Source of the DNA: a virus
Lineage: Duplodnaviria; Caudoviricetes
IMG/VR virus record: IMGVR_UViG_3300009873_000001
Reading direction: 5' to 3' (one strand)
Length of the DNA stretch: 64,000 nucleotides
Position 1 is the first letter of the stretch; each line of letters opens with the position of its first letter. The notes below the pieces were generated by a model. The model ran no database searches, was not told where the DNA came from, and saw nothing but the letters and a program-made list of their open reading frames with translations. Shown here piece after piece: positions 49,581 through 59,066 of this stretch. The translations under genes and the position numbers were made by a program.

Positions 49581-50513
49581 ATGACGGGAATCTACGTCAC
49601 CGCCAACGACGGCATGCTGCATTCGCTTGGCTTCCAAGTTGGAGTCGGCCAGGAAGAGATCACAGTCAGCGGAGCCGAGCCGTTGGTTGACAAGACGAGC
49701 GTCCGCAGCGCAACGACTCTAGTAGGCAGGAATATCGACGCCATTTCGGAGGTCGGCGTCTTGGTGCGGCCGTTCGGCGCCCAGAACTCGGCGGGAGAAA
49801 AGGTCGCCAACACGTTCGAGTCCACGGGCCGTGGAAAGATCGGCGGGCTTACCGGACCGCCAGACGCATTCGGAGTCTCGTTCGGAACCGGCCTCAAGAA
49901 GAGTCTCAGTTTTTATGGGTCCGTAGGCGCGTTCACTTCTGCTAGCAATGGCGGGCAGTTCTTCGCGCTTACGCCGTTCGCGCCAGGCGGTGGGGTAGCC
50001 ATAGGCACCGACGCTCCCACCGTGCAGTACTCGTTCACCGGGACCAACAGATGGGACCTGCGCTGGAGCCTGCGGCTAGAGCCTCCGTTGGCCGGCACCA
50101 AGGGTTCCTTCGTGGGGGTCGTTAGCCCTGGGCTGACGTTTGCCGGAGCCAATGGCGGAATCGGAACGACCTTCGGAATCGGCCTCAACTATTCGATCGG
50201 GTGGGTCAACGACCCCACCACGACCGGCAGCACTCTCTGGCACAGGTACACGTCCGACGCAGGGCTGACAACGTTCACGCCTACAGTCCTGCCTCAGTTC
50301 GCGAGCCTGACGTACATCCTGCAGATTGAGCTCGCCACTTACAGGCAGGCGATCGTGGACAACACAAGCGACGCAGTCGTCGACGACACCGGCTTCATTC
50401 CGTTTCCGTCGCCTGGATTCCTGTCTGACTACAAGGACTACACCTGGGGCAAGGAAACAACCGGAGCCGGGCTCACTTTGAATGTGGGCTTTTCGTCGGC
50501 CTGGGGAGAGTGA
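49581..50513 (+). CDS. Spike/lectin-like protein B2
   Basis: Same position and size as B1, strongly diverged. Confidence 0.65.
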   Translation: MTGIYVTANDGMLHSLGFQVGVGQEEITVSGAEPLVDKTSVRSATTLVGRNIDAISEVGVLVRPFGAQNSAGEKVANTFESTGRGKIGGLTGPPDAFGVSFGTGLKKSLSFYGSVGAFTSASNGGQFFALTPFAPGGGVAIGTDAPTVQYSFTGTNRWDLRWSLRLEPPLAGTKGSFVGVVSPGLTFAGANGGIGTTFGIGLNYSIGWVNDPTTTGSTLWHRYTSDAGLTTFTPTVLPQFASLTYILQIELATYRQAIVDNTSDAVVDDTGFIPFPSPGFLSDYKDYTWGKETTGAGLTLNVGFSSAWGE

Positions 50514-50516
50514 CGC

Positions 50517-51461
50517 ATGGCCGGAGAAAACAGGCTCACAAACTGCAAAGGGGTCGTCTCCACTGAATTCGGGATTGGGGTCGCTGCCCCGACGACCGGA
50601 ATTGACGTGTCTGACTCAGCACAGGGCGTCACGATCCAGAACTTTGCCAGCGGCGCGCGGGCCGTCGTCAGGATCAAGGACCCGCGCCTGGGCGGGACGG
50701 CGGCTATTTCTACCGACGTCGTCACCAGCAGAACGACAGCGATCAACGCGATCAGCGGCAGGTGGGGTCATTTCAGTGCGCCGTTCGCGCTGTTCGCCAC
50801 GCCATGCCAAGGGAACCTGCGCCTTGACGCGCCAGGTGTGATCGTCGGTGCCGGCGTTCCGGTGTTTTCCATGGCCGACGCCATGGACGCGGCGAACGGT
50901 CCATACACCAGAATGTCGCTCGTGGGAGCCGCTGGCAACTGGTTTGGCTTTACGGGCAGCCCTGGTGGCATTTTCGACTACGAGCAGAACACAGTTCCGG
51001 CCAAGGCGTTCTTCCGCATGGCTGCGCCGAGTTACGCTGATCTGTCGTTTTTCATTGGTGGCTTCAGCGGGGCCAATGCGCTGCTCTCGAGCGGTCCTGA
51101 CCCCTCGGCCTTCGGACTGACCGGCTGTGCTGCATTTGTGAAGCTGGCCGCTGACCCCAACTGGAATGCCTTCGTGCGACTGACCGGATCAGCCGTTCCC
51201 ACCAAGATCGACATGGGCGTGCCGGCGGTGGCCGGCACCACGTACCTCTTCCTGTACGAAGAGCTGACCGGGCCAGCCACGGCTGTGTTCTCGATCTACT
51301 CCACGGCGGGCGCGCTCCTGGCCACTACGTCAATCCCGCACGCGGACCCGGCCGCGTTGGCCTATAAGCTCTGCGCTGGAGCTTACACGGCAGTGGCTGC
51401 CGCGCGAGATATCGACTACTACAATGGCATGGTGGCCCAGCTCAATAGCTGGGACAGTTAG
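50517..51461 (+). CDS. Spike/lectin-like protein C2
   Basis: VGAGVPVF, NWNAFVRL.GSAVPTKID shared with C1. Confidence 0.7.
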   Translation: MAGENRLTNCKGVVSTEFGIGVAAPTTGIDVSDSAQGVTIQNFASGARAVVRIKDPRLGGTAAISTDVVTSRTTAINAISGRWGHFSAPFALFATPCQGNLRLDAPGVIVGAGVPVFSMADAMDAANGPYTRMSLVGAAGNWFGFTGSPGGIFDYEQNTVPAKAFFRMAAPSYADLSFFIGGFSGANALLSSGPDPSAFGLTGCAAFVKLAADPNWNAFVRLTGSAVPTKIDMGVPAVAGTTYLFLYEELTGPATAVFSIYSTAGALLATTSIPHADPAALAYKLCAGAYTAVAAARDIDYYNGMVAQLNSWDS

Positions 51462-51514
51462 CCTGTTGTGGCTGCCTCGGCCGGGTTTGAGAAAATGACC
51501 CTAGGAGGCCGCGC

Positions 51515-52633
51515 GTGTCCTATATCACCTTCCCCCTGCCTCCGGTCCTGGCCGAGCAGTACCAGGAGCCGCTGGCCAGGAACATTGAGGCCGCGCGCGC
51601 TCGCGCGTACTTCAATTCGCTCAAGGCCAGGGCGCAGGCGCAGAAGATCTACGGCTACTCGGACGCGGGCGCGATCTCGAGCCCGAGGGCTCCAGCCGGC
51701 ATGTCCGGGCTGGGCTACGCCGCCGCTGAGGGCGGGCGTTGCGGCAGCAACCTCGCAGACCAGCTCAACAAGCTCGACGTAGCGATCGACATTTCTGACC
51801 CGCGCGAGCTCGTGCGGATCTACACCAAGGTCAACGCCATGGGCTTGCGGTGCGGGAAGGTGCTAGCGCAGCGCCTGCGCGCCCTGCAGGGGCGCGCTGA
51901 CCCGGATCGCAAGGCCGAGCTGTGGACGAGCCTGCTCTACCGGCTCGACGGTATCCGCAAGAAGGTCGAGTTCCGTCTGCAGGGGAGCGGTCTGTCTGGT
52001 ATGGGCTGCTGTGGCGACGGCATGTCCGGGCTCGGCGATTCGGTGCCGATCGACGAGCTGACAGCCTTTCAGCGCGACAGGCAGAACGAGGAGGCGGTGA
52101 ACTACTGGGGCCCCGCCAGCCGCGGCCTCCAGTCCTGGAAGAAGAACCTCCGCCAGGAGGGCGTGCTCGAGGACGCCCGCATGGCAGCCAGGCAGCGCGA
52201 CATGAGAGCCAACGTCGAGCGCGCCATGAGCGAGGAGGAGCGCGCCGAGCTGCAGCGCCTCAAGAGCCAGTGGAAGGCCGTGGGCAAGCAGCTCAGCGCC
52301 GAGGACGCGCAGCGCGCCGACCTGCTCAGACAGCTCACCGATATCGAGCTCCAGAAGCTGGCTCAGAACTCGCCGGACCCGCGCGAGCGCGACATGGCGG
52401 CCATGTTCCTGGCCAAGCGCCGCTACCACGGGCTCTACAAGAAGCTGCGCCGCCAGGCCAACGTCGACTACGCCGCGCCGCGGCCGACTGTGGACGCCGA
52501 GGGGAAGACCTACGTCCTGCGCCCCGGGGTGGAGCAGCGGGCGACCACGCTGCCGGCGATTCAGTTCCCAATCCACCCAGGCAAGGGCGCGGTCATGGAA
52601 ATGCAGGCTGACGGCCTGTTCGGCATTGGCTGA
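51515..52633 (+). CDS. Helical GLG-motif protein
   Basis: AGGAGG RBS; MSGLG x2, LSGMG, terminal LFGIG. Confidence 0.7.
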   Translation: MSYITFPLPPVLAEQYQEPLARNIEAARARAYFNSLKARAQAQKIYGYSDAGAISSPRAPAGMSGLGYAAAEGGRCGSNLADQLNKLDVAIDISDPRELVRIYTKVNAMGLRCGKVLAQRLRALQGRADPDRKAELWTSLLYRLDGIRKKVEFRLQGSGLSGMGCCGDGMSGLGDSVPIDELTAFQRDRQNEEAVNYWGPASRGLQSWKKNLRQEGVLEDARMAARQRDMRANVERAMSEEERAELQRLKSQWKAVGKQLSAEDAQRADLLRQLTDIELQKLAQNSPDPRERDMAAMFLAKRRYHGLYKKLRRQANVDYAAPRPTVDAEGKTYVLRPGVEQRATTLPAIQFPIHPGKGAVMEMQADGLFGIG

Positions 52634-52679
52634 GGCGGTGGCTGGTAGCGTCTCGGTCCGAGGCGCATAGCGAGCGCAA

Positions 52680-53597
52680 ATGAGCCAGCTCACCATGCAG
52701 AGCCTCTTCGAGTTCCAGCGCCTGGCTGGCCTCGGGGACGCCCCGCCGCGGCGCCTCTACGCCGGACAGACCGAGTTCGAGACAGACGAGGAGTTCTTCT
52801 GCCGGCAGCGAGCCAAACAGAGAGCCACGCAGCAAGCGACACGGGACTGCAGTCCGGGAGGCAAGGCTTTCTACAAGGGCGCGCCGGTAGGTTCCAAGAT
52901 GTGGAATCAGTGCCTGGCGCAGCGCTCCCAGCTGTACGAGCGCAGGTTCATTGCGGAGTGCGAGCGCGCGGAGGAGCTCGCTGTCACGCAATACTACGAG
53001 ACGCAACAGCGAGTCATGACCGCTGGCGGCAAGGTGCCTTGGAGCGGCCCACGACGGAGAAGGCGAAAGGCAGACGACGAGGAGGGTATGAAGCCGTTCA
53101 CGGGAGGTAAGCTGCCGCCGTCCGGGGTGTGGCCGCTTCCGCCCGTTGAGGGGCCGCCTCCTACGCTCCAGGCCGGATTCACGGTTCAGAAGCAGCCGAC
53201 CGTCATCTTGCCGCTAGCACCTAAGCCAGCGGGCAGCGCGCCGCCCAGGGCCGTGGCGCCGGTCCTGAACATACCTGCAGCGCGGGCTTTCATGCCTGCG
53301 CCGCCTTTGAGTATGCCTGGGCGGGTCATGAGTATGCCTGCGCCCGCCGCGGGCATGCCTACGCGCCAGGCGGTTACCCTCGGCCCGAGGGTCGGCATGG
53401 CCGCGCCAGCCGTCGCCGCGCGCACGGCTGGCGCGCCCGCAGCTCGAACCGCCGGGGCGCGAGCCGGAGTTGCCTTGGGTGCGCTCATGAACCAGTCGCC
53501 GCCCGAGCCGTTCCTGACCGTGCTCAAGTTCACGGTCGGGTTATTTGCGGGATACTGGCTCATGACAGACTTTCTCAAGAAGGGACGTGGCCAGTGA
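52680..53597 (+). CDS. GLG-leader, Pro-rich membrane protein
   Basis: MSQLTMQSLFEFQRLAGLG; four Cys; C-terminal TM. Confidence 0.7.
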   Translation: MSQLTMQSLFEFQRLAGLGDAPPRRLYAGQTEFETDEEFFCRQRAKQRATQQATRDCSPGGKAFYKGAPVGSKMWNQCLAQRSQLYERRFIAECERAEELAVTQYYETQQRVMTAGGKVPWSGPRRRRRKADDEEGMKPFTGGKLPPSGVWPLPPVEGPPPTLQAGFTVQKQPTVILPLAPKPAGSAPPRAVAPVLNIPAARAFMPAPPLSMPGRVMSMPAPAAGMPTRQAVTLGPRVGMAAPAVAARTAGAPAARTAGARAGVALGALMNQSPPEPFLTVLKFTVGLFAGYWLMTDFLKKGRGQ

Positions 53598-54043
53598 GCC
53601 AGCTCACCATGGACGAGCTGTACAGATTCGCCGGACTAGGGATCTTGCCTCCGCGGCCGATCTTACTGCGCGGGCCGGTCATGCCTGGCCGGACGGTGCC
53701 AGCGTCGTCCCCACGCCCGTTGAAGCCGCCACCCACGACACAACCGCCCCCGCCACCTCCGCCCAAGCCGCCTGACAGGGAGCCATACATGGGCCCAGGG
53801 CCAGGTTCCACCAAGCCGATCCGAGGCGGGTACCGCTACTCCGGCCAGCGCGAGGACGAGACCGAAGGGCAGTTCTTCACCAGAATGCGGGCAGGGCAAC
53901 GAGTCACCCAGCCCACCAGCCGCGACGTGCAGCACTTCACCTGCCCGATCTGCGGCTACAAGCAGATTCCTGCCGGCCTGCAGTACTGCCCGGTCTGCAA
54001 GTCGAGAATGATCTGGCGCACCACCAGAAGAGTCATGCAGTGA
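53594..54043 (+). CDS. GLG-leader, Pro-rich Zn-ribbon protein
   Basis: MSQLTMDELYRFAGLG; CPIC..CPVC. Confidence 0.7.
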   Translation: MSQLTMDELYRFAGLGILPPRPILLRGPVMPGRTVPASSPRPLKPPPTTQPPPPPPPKPPDREPYMGPGPGSTKPIRGGYRYSGQREDETEGQFFTRMRAGQRVTQPTSRDVQHFTCPICGYKQIPAGLQYCPVCKSRMIWRTTRRVMQ

Positions 54044-54774
54044 ACCTCGACGTCGCCAAGATAGCTCCCAAGCTCTGGATCGGCGCAGCTCCACCCCAGG
54101 GCGCCGCTGTGGGCGAAAGCGGGTTTGAGTCGCTCGTCCTGTGCGCCGTGGACTGGCAGCCGCCAGAGGCGCAGTATCCCGGCGTCGAGCTCAAGCGCGC
54201 GCCCTTTCGGGACAAGCCCGACGTGACCAGCGAAGAGATCAAGATCGCCTTCGACGCTGCGCGCTGGACGGCCGAGCGGATCAAGCGCGGTCAGCGCACG
54301 CTCGTGACCTGCATGGCCGGCAAGAACCGGAGCGGGCTCGTATGCGCGCTGGCGCTCTCCATGGCCTCTGGTCTCGACCCGGCCAAGTGCGGCGAGATCG
54401 TGCGTCGGCAGCGCGGGCTCGACGCGCTCAGCAACGCCAGGTTCGTGGACATTCTGAACCAGGCCAGGAACGACGACTGCGAGCTGTGCGCAGCCAAGAA
54501 GCTCACGCCTTGGATCTATGAGGACTCGCTGTGCTGGATAAGTGTCTGTGTGAGTTGCTATCTTCCTCTTGTTGTGCTTAGGCGGCACAGTACCTCTCCA
54601 ACCACAGAGGAGCGCGAGCACATGTTGGGCGGCCTCAAGTTCGTTGCTACGCAGCTTGCGCCTGGCGTCAGGTGGAGAATAGATACTGAGCGGCGGAAGA
54701 TCCCTGATCACTGGCACGCGCACGCGAGAATGGCAGAGAGGCCCGCCCAGCGCTGGGCAGGAGGTAGATCGTGA
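54040..54774 (+). CDS. Dual-specificity protein phosphatase fused to HIT-like domain
   Basis: Catalytic CX5R: VTCMAGKNRSG; then CELC..YED..HWHAH. Confidence 0.8.
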   Translation: MNLDVAKIAPKLWIGAAPPQGAAVGESGFESLVLCAVDWQPPEAQYPGVELKRAPFRDKPDVTSEEIKIAFDAARWTAERIKRGQRTLVTCMAGKNRSGLVCALALSMASGLDPAKCGEIVRRQRGLDALSNARFVDILNQARNDDCELCAAKKLTPWIYEDSLCWISVCVSCYLPLVVLRRHSTSPTTEEREHMLGGLKFVATQLAPGVRWRIDTERRKIPDHWHAHARMAERPAQRWAGGRS

Positions 54775-55001
54775 ATCAGGCTGACTTTCTCTATGGCGCC
54801 GGCCTCATGGGTATTCTGGCGGGGATCGGGATTGGCTCGGACAAGGCCAACAAGCTCGCGCTCCTGCTGGGCGGCGCGGCGCTGTTCTTCGCGCACCAGG
54901 AGAAGCCGCTCCTCGACATAGGCGCCAGGCCCGAGCTCGACGAGGCCACTCGAGGGCTGCGACCCAAGATCCCGAGCATTCCGAATCCATTCGCGCAATA
55001 G
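54771..55001 (+). CDS. Small membrane protein
   Basis: GTGA overlap; two hydrophobic segments. Confidence 0.6.
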   Translation: MNQADFLYGAGLMGILAGIGIGSDKANKLALLLGGAALFFAHQEKPLLDIGARPELDEATRGLRPKIPSIPNPFAQ

Positions 55002-55013
55002 CGCACGGTAGCC

Positions 55014-55292
55014 GTGGCGGCCAAGAAAAAGCCAGAACAGCAGCCACAAGCAGAACAGGCAGGGCAGAACGCCGTGCCTGTGCTGCGGAAGTGCCAAGCC
55101 TTGAACTGCAAGGTCGAGATCGAGGTGCCGAAGCTGTTCTGCGACACGCACTGGACCATGGTCCCAGTCGACATACAGACTGCGCTCTTCGACGCGGTCG
55201 GAGTGGGCGTCCTAGACCTCGTTCGACAAGTCCTAAAGAAAGCGATCAATCTGATTGCGGAATGCGAACGCCAGCAGAGCGGGGCGTCGTAG
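55014..55292 (+). CDS. Small Zn-binding phage protein
   Basis: C....C...LFC..HW..VP..IQ pattern. Confidence 0.65.
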   Translation: MAAKKKPEQQPQAEQAGQNAVPVLRKCQALNCKVEIEVPKLFCDTHWTMVPVDIQTALFDAVGVGVLDLVRQVLKKAINLIAECERQQSGAS

Positions 55293-55709
55293 GTGAGCCC
55301 GCACCACACCTACTCGCTAAATTCCGGGGACAGCTCCTGCACGAACTGTCACTCGAACTTCGTGCAATCCACGGCGGCCAGCACGGACGTGGTGGTGTTC
55401 CAGAGCCACACCTGCGTGGCCACCGAGAACGTCCGCGTGAACAGGACGCGGGCAGCGAATGACCGTTTTGCGCGCGAGCACGCGGCTCAGTTTGCGAGCG
55501 CCAAGCTGCGCCGCGAGGCCATGCTCGAAGAGGCCAGGAACGCGTTCAGGGACTTCGAGCGGCGGCCGAAGCGCCCGCCGCAGGGCCGGGCTGTTCGTCA
55601 CTCGGCGTTCAAGCTGCCGCGGAATTGCCTGCCGGCGGTGGCGCGGGGGCACCACCACCCTGAGCCGCGCCGCCCTGAGCCAGCCCGCCGATCCGGCCGT
55701 CGCGGTTGA
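55293..55709 (+). CDS. Possible hypothetical protein
   Basis: Follows upstream stop; CTNC; 3' end overlaps a convergent gene. Confidence 0.35.
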   Translation: MSPHHTYSLNSGDSSCTNCHSNFVQSTAASTDVVVFQSHTCVATENVRVNRTRAANDRFAREHAAQFASAKLRREAMLEEARNAFRDFERRPKRPPQGRAVRHSAFKLPRNCLPAVARGHHHPEPRRPEPARRSGRRG

Positions 55710-56217
55710 GATCGATTCCGGTCAGTTTTTCGAAGGCGTCGATCCTGGCGTTGGTCGCGGCCAGATCACCCTCGGTCTTGGCGTGGCGGTTCGCCGAGCG
55801 CACGCGCTGGTAGGCGATCGTGAGGATCAGGGCCAGCAGCGAGCCGGCCGTGCCCCAGCCCTGGCTCTTGGCCACGTCCTTGAGCTCGTCGAGGTCCTTG
55901 ACGTTCGCGAGCGCCTTGATCTTCTCCTCCAGATCGGCCTTGGCCTTATCGGATTCGACCTGAACCCGCAGGTCGACCGTGTCGAGGAGCGACTGCTTGG
56001 CCAGGCGCACGATCTCGCCCTGGTCGACCTGGCCGTTCCTGTCGTCGTCGGCGAGCGCCTTGAGTTCCGCAAGCGAGAGGCCGCGCTTGTCGAGCTGGTG
56101 ATCGACGGCCTCGCTGATCTTCTGGATCGCCAGCTCCTTGGCGTACTCAGCCGCCGAGTCGCGCAAGGAGGCGCAGCCAACGAGGAGCGGGAGCATCAGG
56201 CAGGCGAGGCGGTTCAT
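55609..56217 (-). CDS. Lipoprotein with coiled coil, EF-hand-like loops and TM
   Basis: Lipobox LLVGC; DDDRNGQVD and DLNRDGRI; TM SLLALILTIAY. Confidence 0.7.
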   Translation of the reverse strand: MNRLACLMLPLLVGCASLRDSAAEYAKELAIQKISEAVDHQLDKRGLSLAELKALADDDRNGQVDQGEIVRLAKQSLLDTVDLRVQVESDKAKADLEEKIKALANVKDLDELKDVAKSQGWGTAGSLLALILTIAYQRVRSANRHAKTEGDLAATNARIDAFEKLTGIDLNRDGRIGGLAQGGAAQGGGAPAPPPAGNSAAA

Positions 56218-56789
56218 ACCACGATTCCGTAGACGTCTACGGTGGCGAGCAGAGCGGTGCCCGAGCTCCCCACCCGGTTGAGGACAAGGGCCTGTGCCGA
56301 CCCGACCTGCACGCTCTTGCCGCTGGGCACGAGCGCGAACACGTCCCCAGCCAGGCGGAAGTTCGTGAGAGTCGTGTTGGGGATCACGTTGAACACGAGC
56401 GGGGTGAGCCCGGCCCCGGCGCTACCGTCCACGGTCACAGCTGTTCCGGTCGTGCATTCGAGCACGATTTCGGTGATCAGGGTGGTTTTGCCGGTGGGTG
56501 ACGTGTACAGGTCGACCGGGCCGCTGTTGAGGAAGCTCACGTTCTCGAGTCGGGTGAGCCGGCTCACGATCGTGCGGTCTTGCTGTGGGTAGGACCGCCC
56601 GCTCACGCTGCGCAGCGGCTGGCTTTCGAGCGAGTTCAGCTGTTCTGACAGGACCTCGCAGGCCGAGAGAATGTTCGTCGGCGCCGCGGTGTCGAACTGC
56701 TCCGAGAGCACCTCGCAGGCCGAGAGGAGGTTCGTGGGAGCCGGCCCGTCGAACTTCTCCGAGAGAACCTCGCAGGCGGAGAGGGGCAT
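56214..56789 (-). CDS. Repeat-containing adaptor: 19-aa repeats plus GRSY domain
   Basis: Three LSACEVLSE repeats; VSGRSY domain like 22225. Confidence 0.7.
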   Translation of the reverse strand: MPLSACEVLSEKFDGPAPTNLLSACEVLSEQFDTAAPTNILSACEVLSEQLNSLESQPLRSVSGRSYPQQDRTIVSRLTRLENVSFLNSGPVDLYTSPTGKTTLITEIVLECTTGTAVTVDGSAGAGLTPLVFNVIPNTTLTNFRLAGDVFALVPSGKSVQVGSAQALVLNRVGSSGTALLATVDVYGIVV

Positions 56790-56792
56790 GGT

Positions 56793-58208
56793 TTAGAAGA
56801 CCTCCATGACCATGACGAAGCGGTCGCCGAAGCCCTCACCAGGCAGGGCGGCTGTGACCTCTTGCTCCGTTCCGTCGGCCGGCACGTTGATATTGTCGGT
56901 GCCACCCGAAATCGAGCCCGACGTAGGCGAGGAGAGCGTGGCCAGCGTGACTGGGTACTCGACGTTGGCCATGCCCCAGTAGATCCTGACCGTCACCAGG
57001 CCGCCGCCATAGCAGCGGAACTTCTTCCTGATCGACGCGGCCAGCGGGGTGCCGTTCGTGCCGGTCATTTCGATCTTCTTCTGGCCGGTCGTCCAGAAGC
57101 GCGAACCCTCAGACGTCTTGTCGCTGAGGAGCATGGCGAACGACACGTCACCGCCAGTGTCGTTGGGTGAGCCGGCGGCGCCGATCAGGGTGGCGTTGCC
57201 GTTCCAGATGTACTGGTTCACGGCGGTGCCGGCGGTCGTGCTCGAGGCCCAGTAGAGGTAGATATCCGGCGCTCCGCCAATGTTGGCCTCGGCGTCGATC
57301 AGGAGCGCCTTCCAGTTGCCGTTGACCGTGGCCGGCAGGGTTCCGGCCAGAACCGTGGCCGTAATGTCCGTGCCGGCGAAGGCTGACGTGATTTGGAGGA
57401 TCCTCGAGCCGGTGCCGCTCGACTTGAACGCGAAGTAGAGGTTGTTGTCGCTCGGGTCGATCCAGGCCAGGCCGAAGTTGGTCGTGGCGCCGGCCAGCAC
57501 ACCGCTCGTGAAGACGTTCGTCTCGGTTCCGCCCACGATTCGCGACAGGCGCACCGTGCCGCCGGCAATGTGGGCAATGGAGTAGAGGAACCCGTCCCAC
57601 ACGACCAGGTTCATGGAGCGGTTCGAAGGCCCGTAACCGGGGAGCGTGAAGAACGTAGTCGTGCCCGTGGCAGGGGCGAGGGTGATCACGTTCATGGTGC
57701 CGCCGCTGGTGCTGTACGCTATGTAGAGCGTGTCGCGGTAGGCCGCGGCCGAGTGCCACTCACTGAATCCAGCACCGGCGATCGTGCCCGTTTCGGTCCA
57801 GGTCACGCCGTCCGAGCTGTACGAGAACCGAGGAAGGCCGGTAGTGGAAGAGTAGGCGCAAGCCACCCACGGCACACCCGAGGCGTCATACACAATGAAC
57901 AGCCCGGAGCGCGTCGCCGATCCGGCCACGGAGGCCGTGATCGTGTGGACCAGCGTCCAGGTGGCTCCCGCGTCGTCCGAGCGGTAGATCTGCGAGTTTA
58001 TGAAGAACAGGAAGGTCTCTTCACCGCCGGCTGAGCCGGCAGGTGCGAACATGATCACCCGTTCGCTTGGGTTCGAGGTGCCGGCCGTGTAGGTCTCGAG
58101 CGAGCCGGTCGTGACGCCCTGGTTCGACGGCACGGCGTCGATATAGCGCTGAACCTGCGGCGAGCCGCCGCTCGTGATCCTGGCTCCCAGGAAGGGTGTG
58201 GCTACCAT
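56793..58208 (-). CDS. Asp-box beta-propeller spike protein 3
   Basis: RSDDAGATW, YSSDGVTW, FWTTGQK.IE; ends MEVF. Confidence 0.7.
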   Translation of the reverse strand: MVATPFLGARITSGGSPQVQRYIDAVPSNQGVTTGSLETYTAGTSNPSERVIMFAPAGSAGGEETFLFFINSQIYRSDDAGATWTLVHTITASVAGSATRSGLFIVYDASGVPWVACAYSSTTGLPRFSYSSDGVTWTETGTIAGAGFSEWHSAAAYRDTLYIAYSTSGGTMNVITLAPATGTTTFFTLPGYGPSNRSMNLVVWDGFLYSIAHIAGGTVRLSRIVGGTETNVFTSGVLAGATTNFGLAWIDPSDNNLYFAFKSSGTGSRILQITSAFAGTDITATVLAGTLPATVNGNWKALLIDAEANIGGAPDIYLYWASSTTAGTAVNQYIWNGNATLIGAAGSPNDTGGDVSFAMLLSDKTSEGSRFWTTGQKKIEMTGTNGTPLAASIRKKFRCYGGGLVTVRIYWGMANVEYPVTLATLSSPTSGSISGGTDNINVPADGTEQEVTAALPGEGFGDRFVMVMEVF

Positions 58209-58220
58209 GTTCGACGCTCC

Positions 58221-58637
58221 TTAGAAGAGGAATGCGATCACGCGGGCCGTCACGACCTGCGAGGTGCCGGTCGCCGCGACGTCGATCCCGAGCTTGACCG
58301 CGCTGCCGGCCGGGGCGGTTCTGGCCTTGCCGGTGAGGAAGAAGCTCCACACGTCGCCGGCTGCCAGGAAGCCGGTCAGGGAGACCGGCGAGAAAATGTC
58401 GCTCTCCCCGGCCGCAATGCCGACTCCCGCCGTGGCTGGTGTGATCACGCCAGTAGCAGCCGTGCATTGAAGGATCACGCCCGTGATCACGGCGGTATAG
58501 CCCGTGGGTACGGTGTAGATCGTGGGCGTGGAGATCGCGAACATGCTGATCCCGGGCGTCGCCTCGACCTGGTGCAGAATGTACGGCGCCTGGACTGGAT
58601 ACGACTTGGCCGGAACCGACGCGACGGGGAACGTCAT
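58221..58637 (-). CDS. Small beta-sandwich spike adaptor (GRSY family)
   Basis: Clear paralog of 20344-20763. Confidence 0.7.
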   Translation of the reverse strand: MTFPVASVPAKSYPVQAPYILHQVEATPGISMFAISTPTIYTVPTGYTAVITGVILQCTAATGVITPATAGVGIAAGESDIFSPVSLTGFLAAGDVWSFFLTGKARTAPAGSAVKLGIDVAATGTSQVVTARVIAFLF

Positions 58638-59017
58638 GCCCTGCTCCTCTTCGGCCCGAAGAAGTAGACAGCGAGGCCGCCTACGAAGATCCCGACGGCC
58701 ACGGACTTGAAGTCCAGACCAAACGGCAACTGCGGTCCGGCCTGCCCTAGCCCGAGCAGGCCTTGCTGATTGGCCTGACGGATCCTGTCGAGCTCAGCTT
58801 GGTTGCAAGCCAGCTTCTCGCGCACCATGGCCATGTTGGGCACCGGCCGCTGCTCGGCCTTGACGCGTCGCTTGCGCCGCTTTCGAGGCTGCTGAGCGAG
58901 CATTTGCTCTTCGGACGCGGCTTGGTTCTCTGGCGCCATGGGCACCGGCTCTTGGGCGGCACCGTTCTGGGCGTAGGCTTCCCAGAGTTCTTCAGGTGAC
59001 ATGGTTGGATCGGCCAT
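58634..59017 (-). CDS. Small GLG membrane protein
   Basis: Basic patch PRKRRKRR, LLGLG, C-terminal TM. Confidence 0.7.
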   Translation of the reverse strand: MADPTMSPEELWEAYAQNGAAQEPVPMAPENQAASEEQMLAQQPRKRRKRRVKAEQRPVPNMAMVREKLACNQAELDRIRQANQQGLLGLGQAGPQLPFGLDFKSVAVGIFVGGLAVYFFGPKRSRA

Positions 59018-59066
59018 ACACCGATCCTAGCGCGAACGAGGAAACCTGCCGCTTCTCAGGCCTGAC

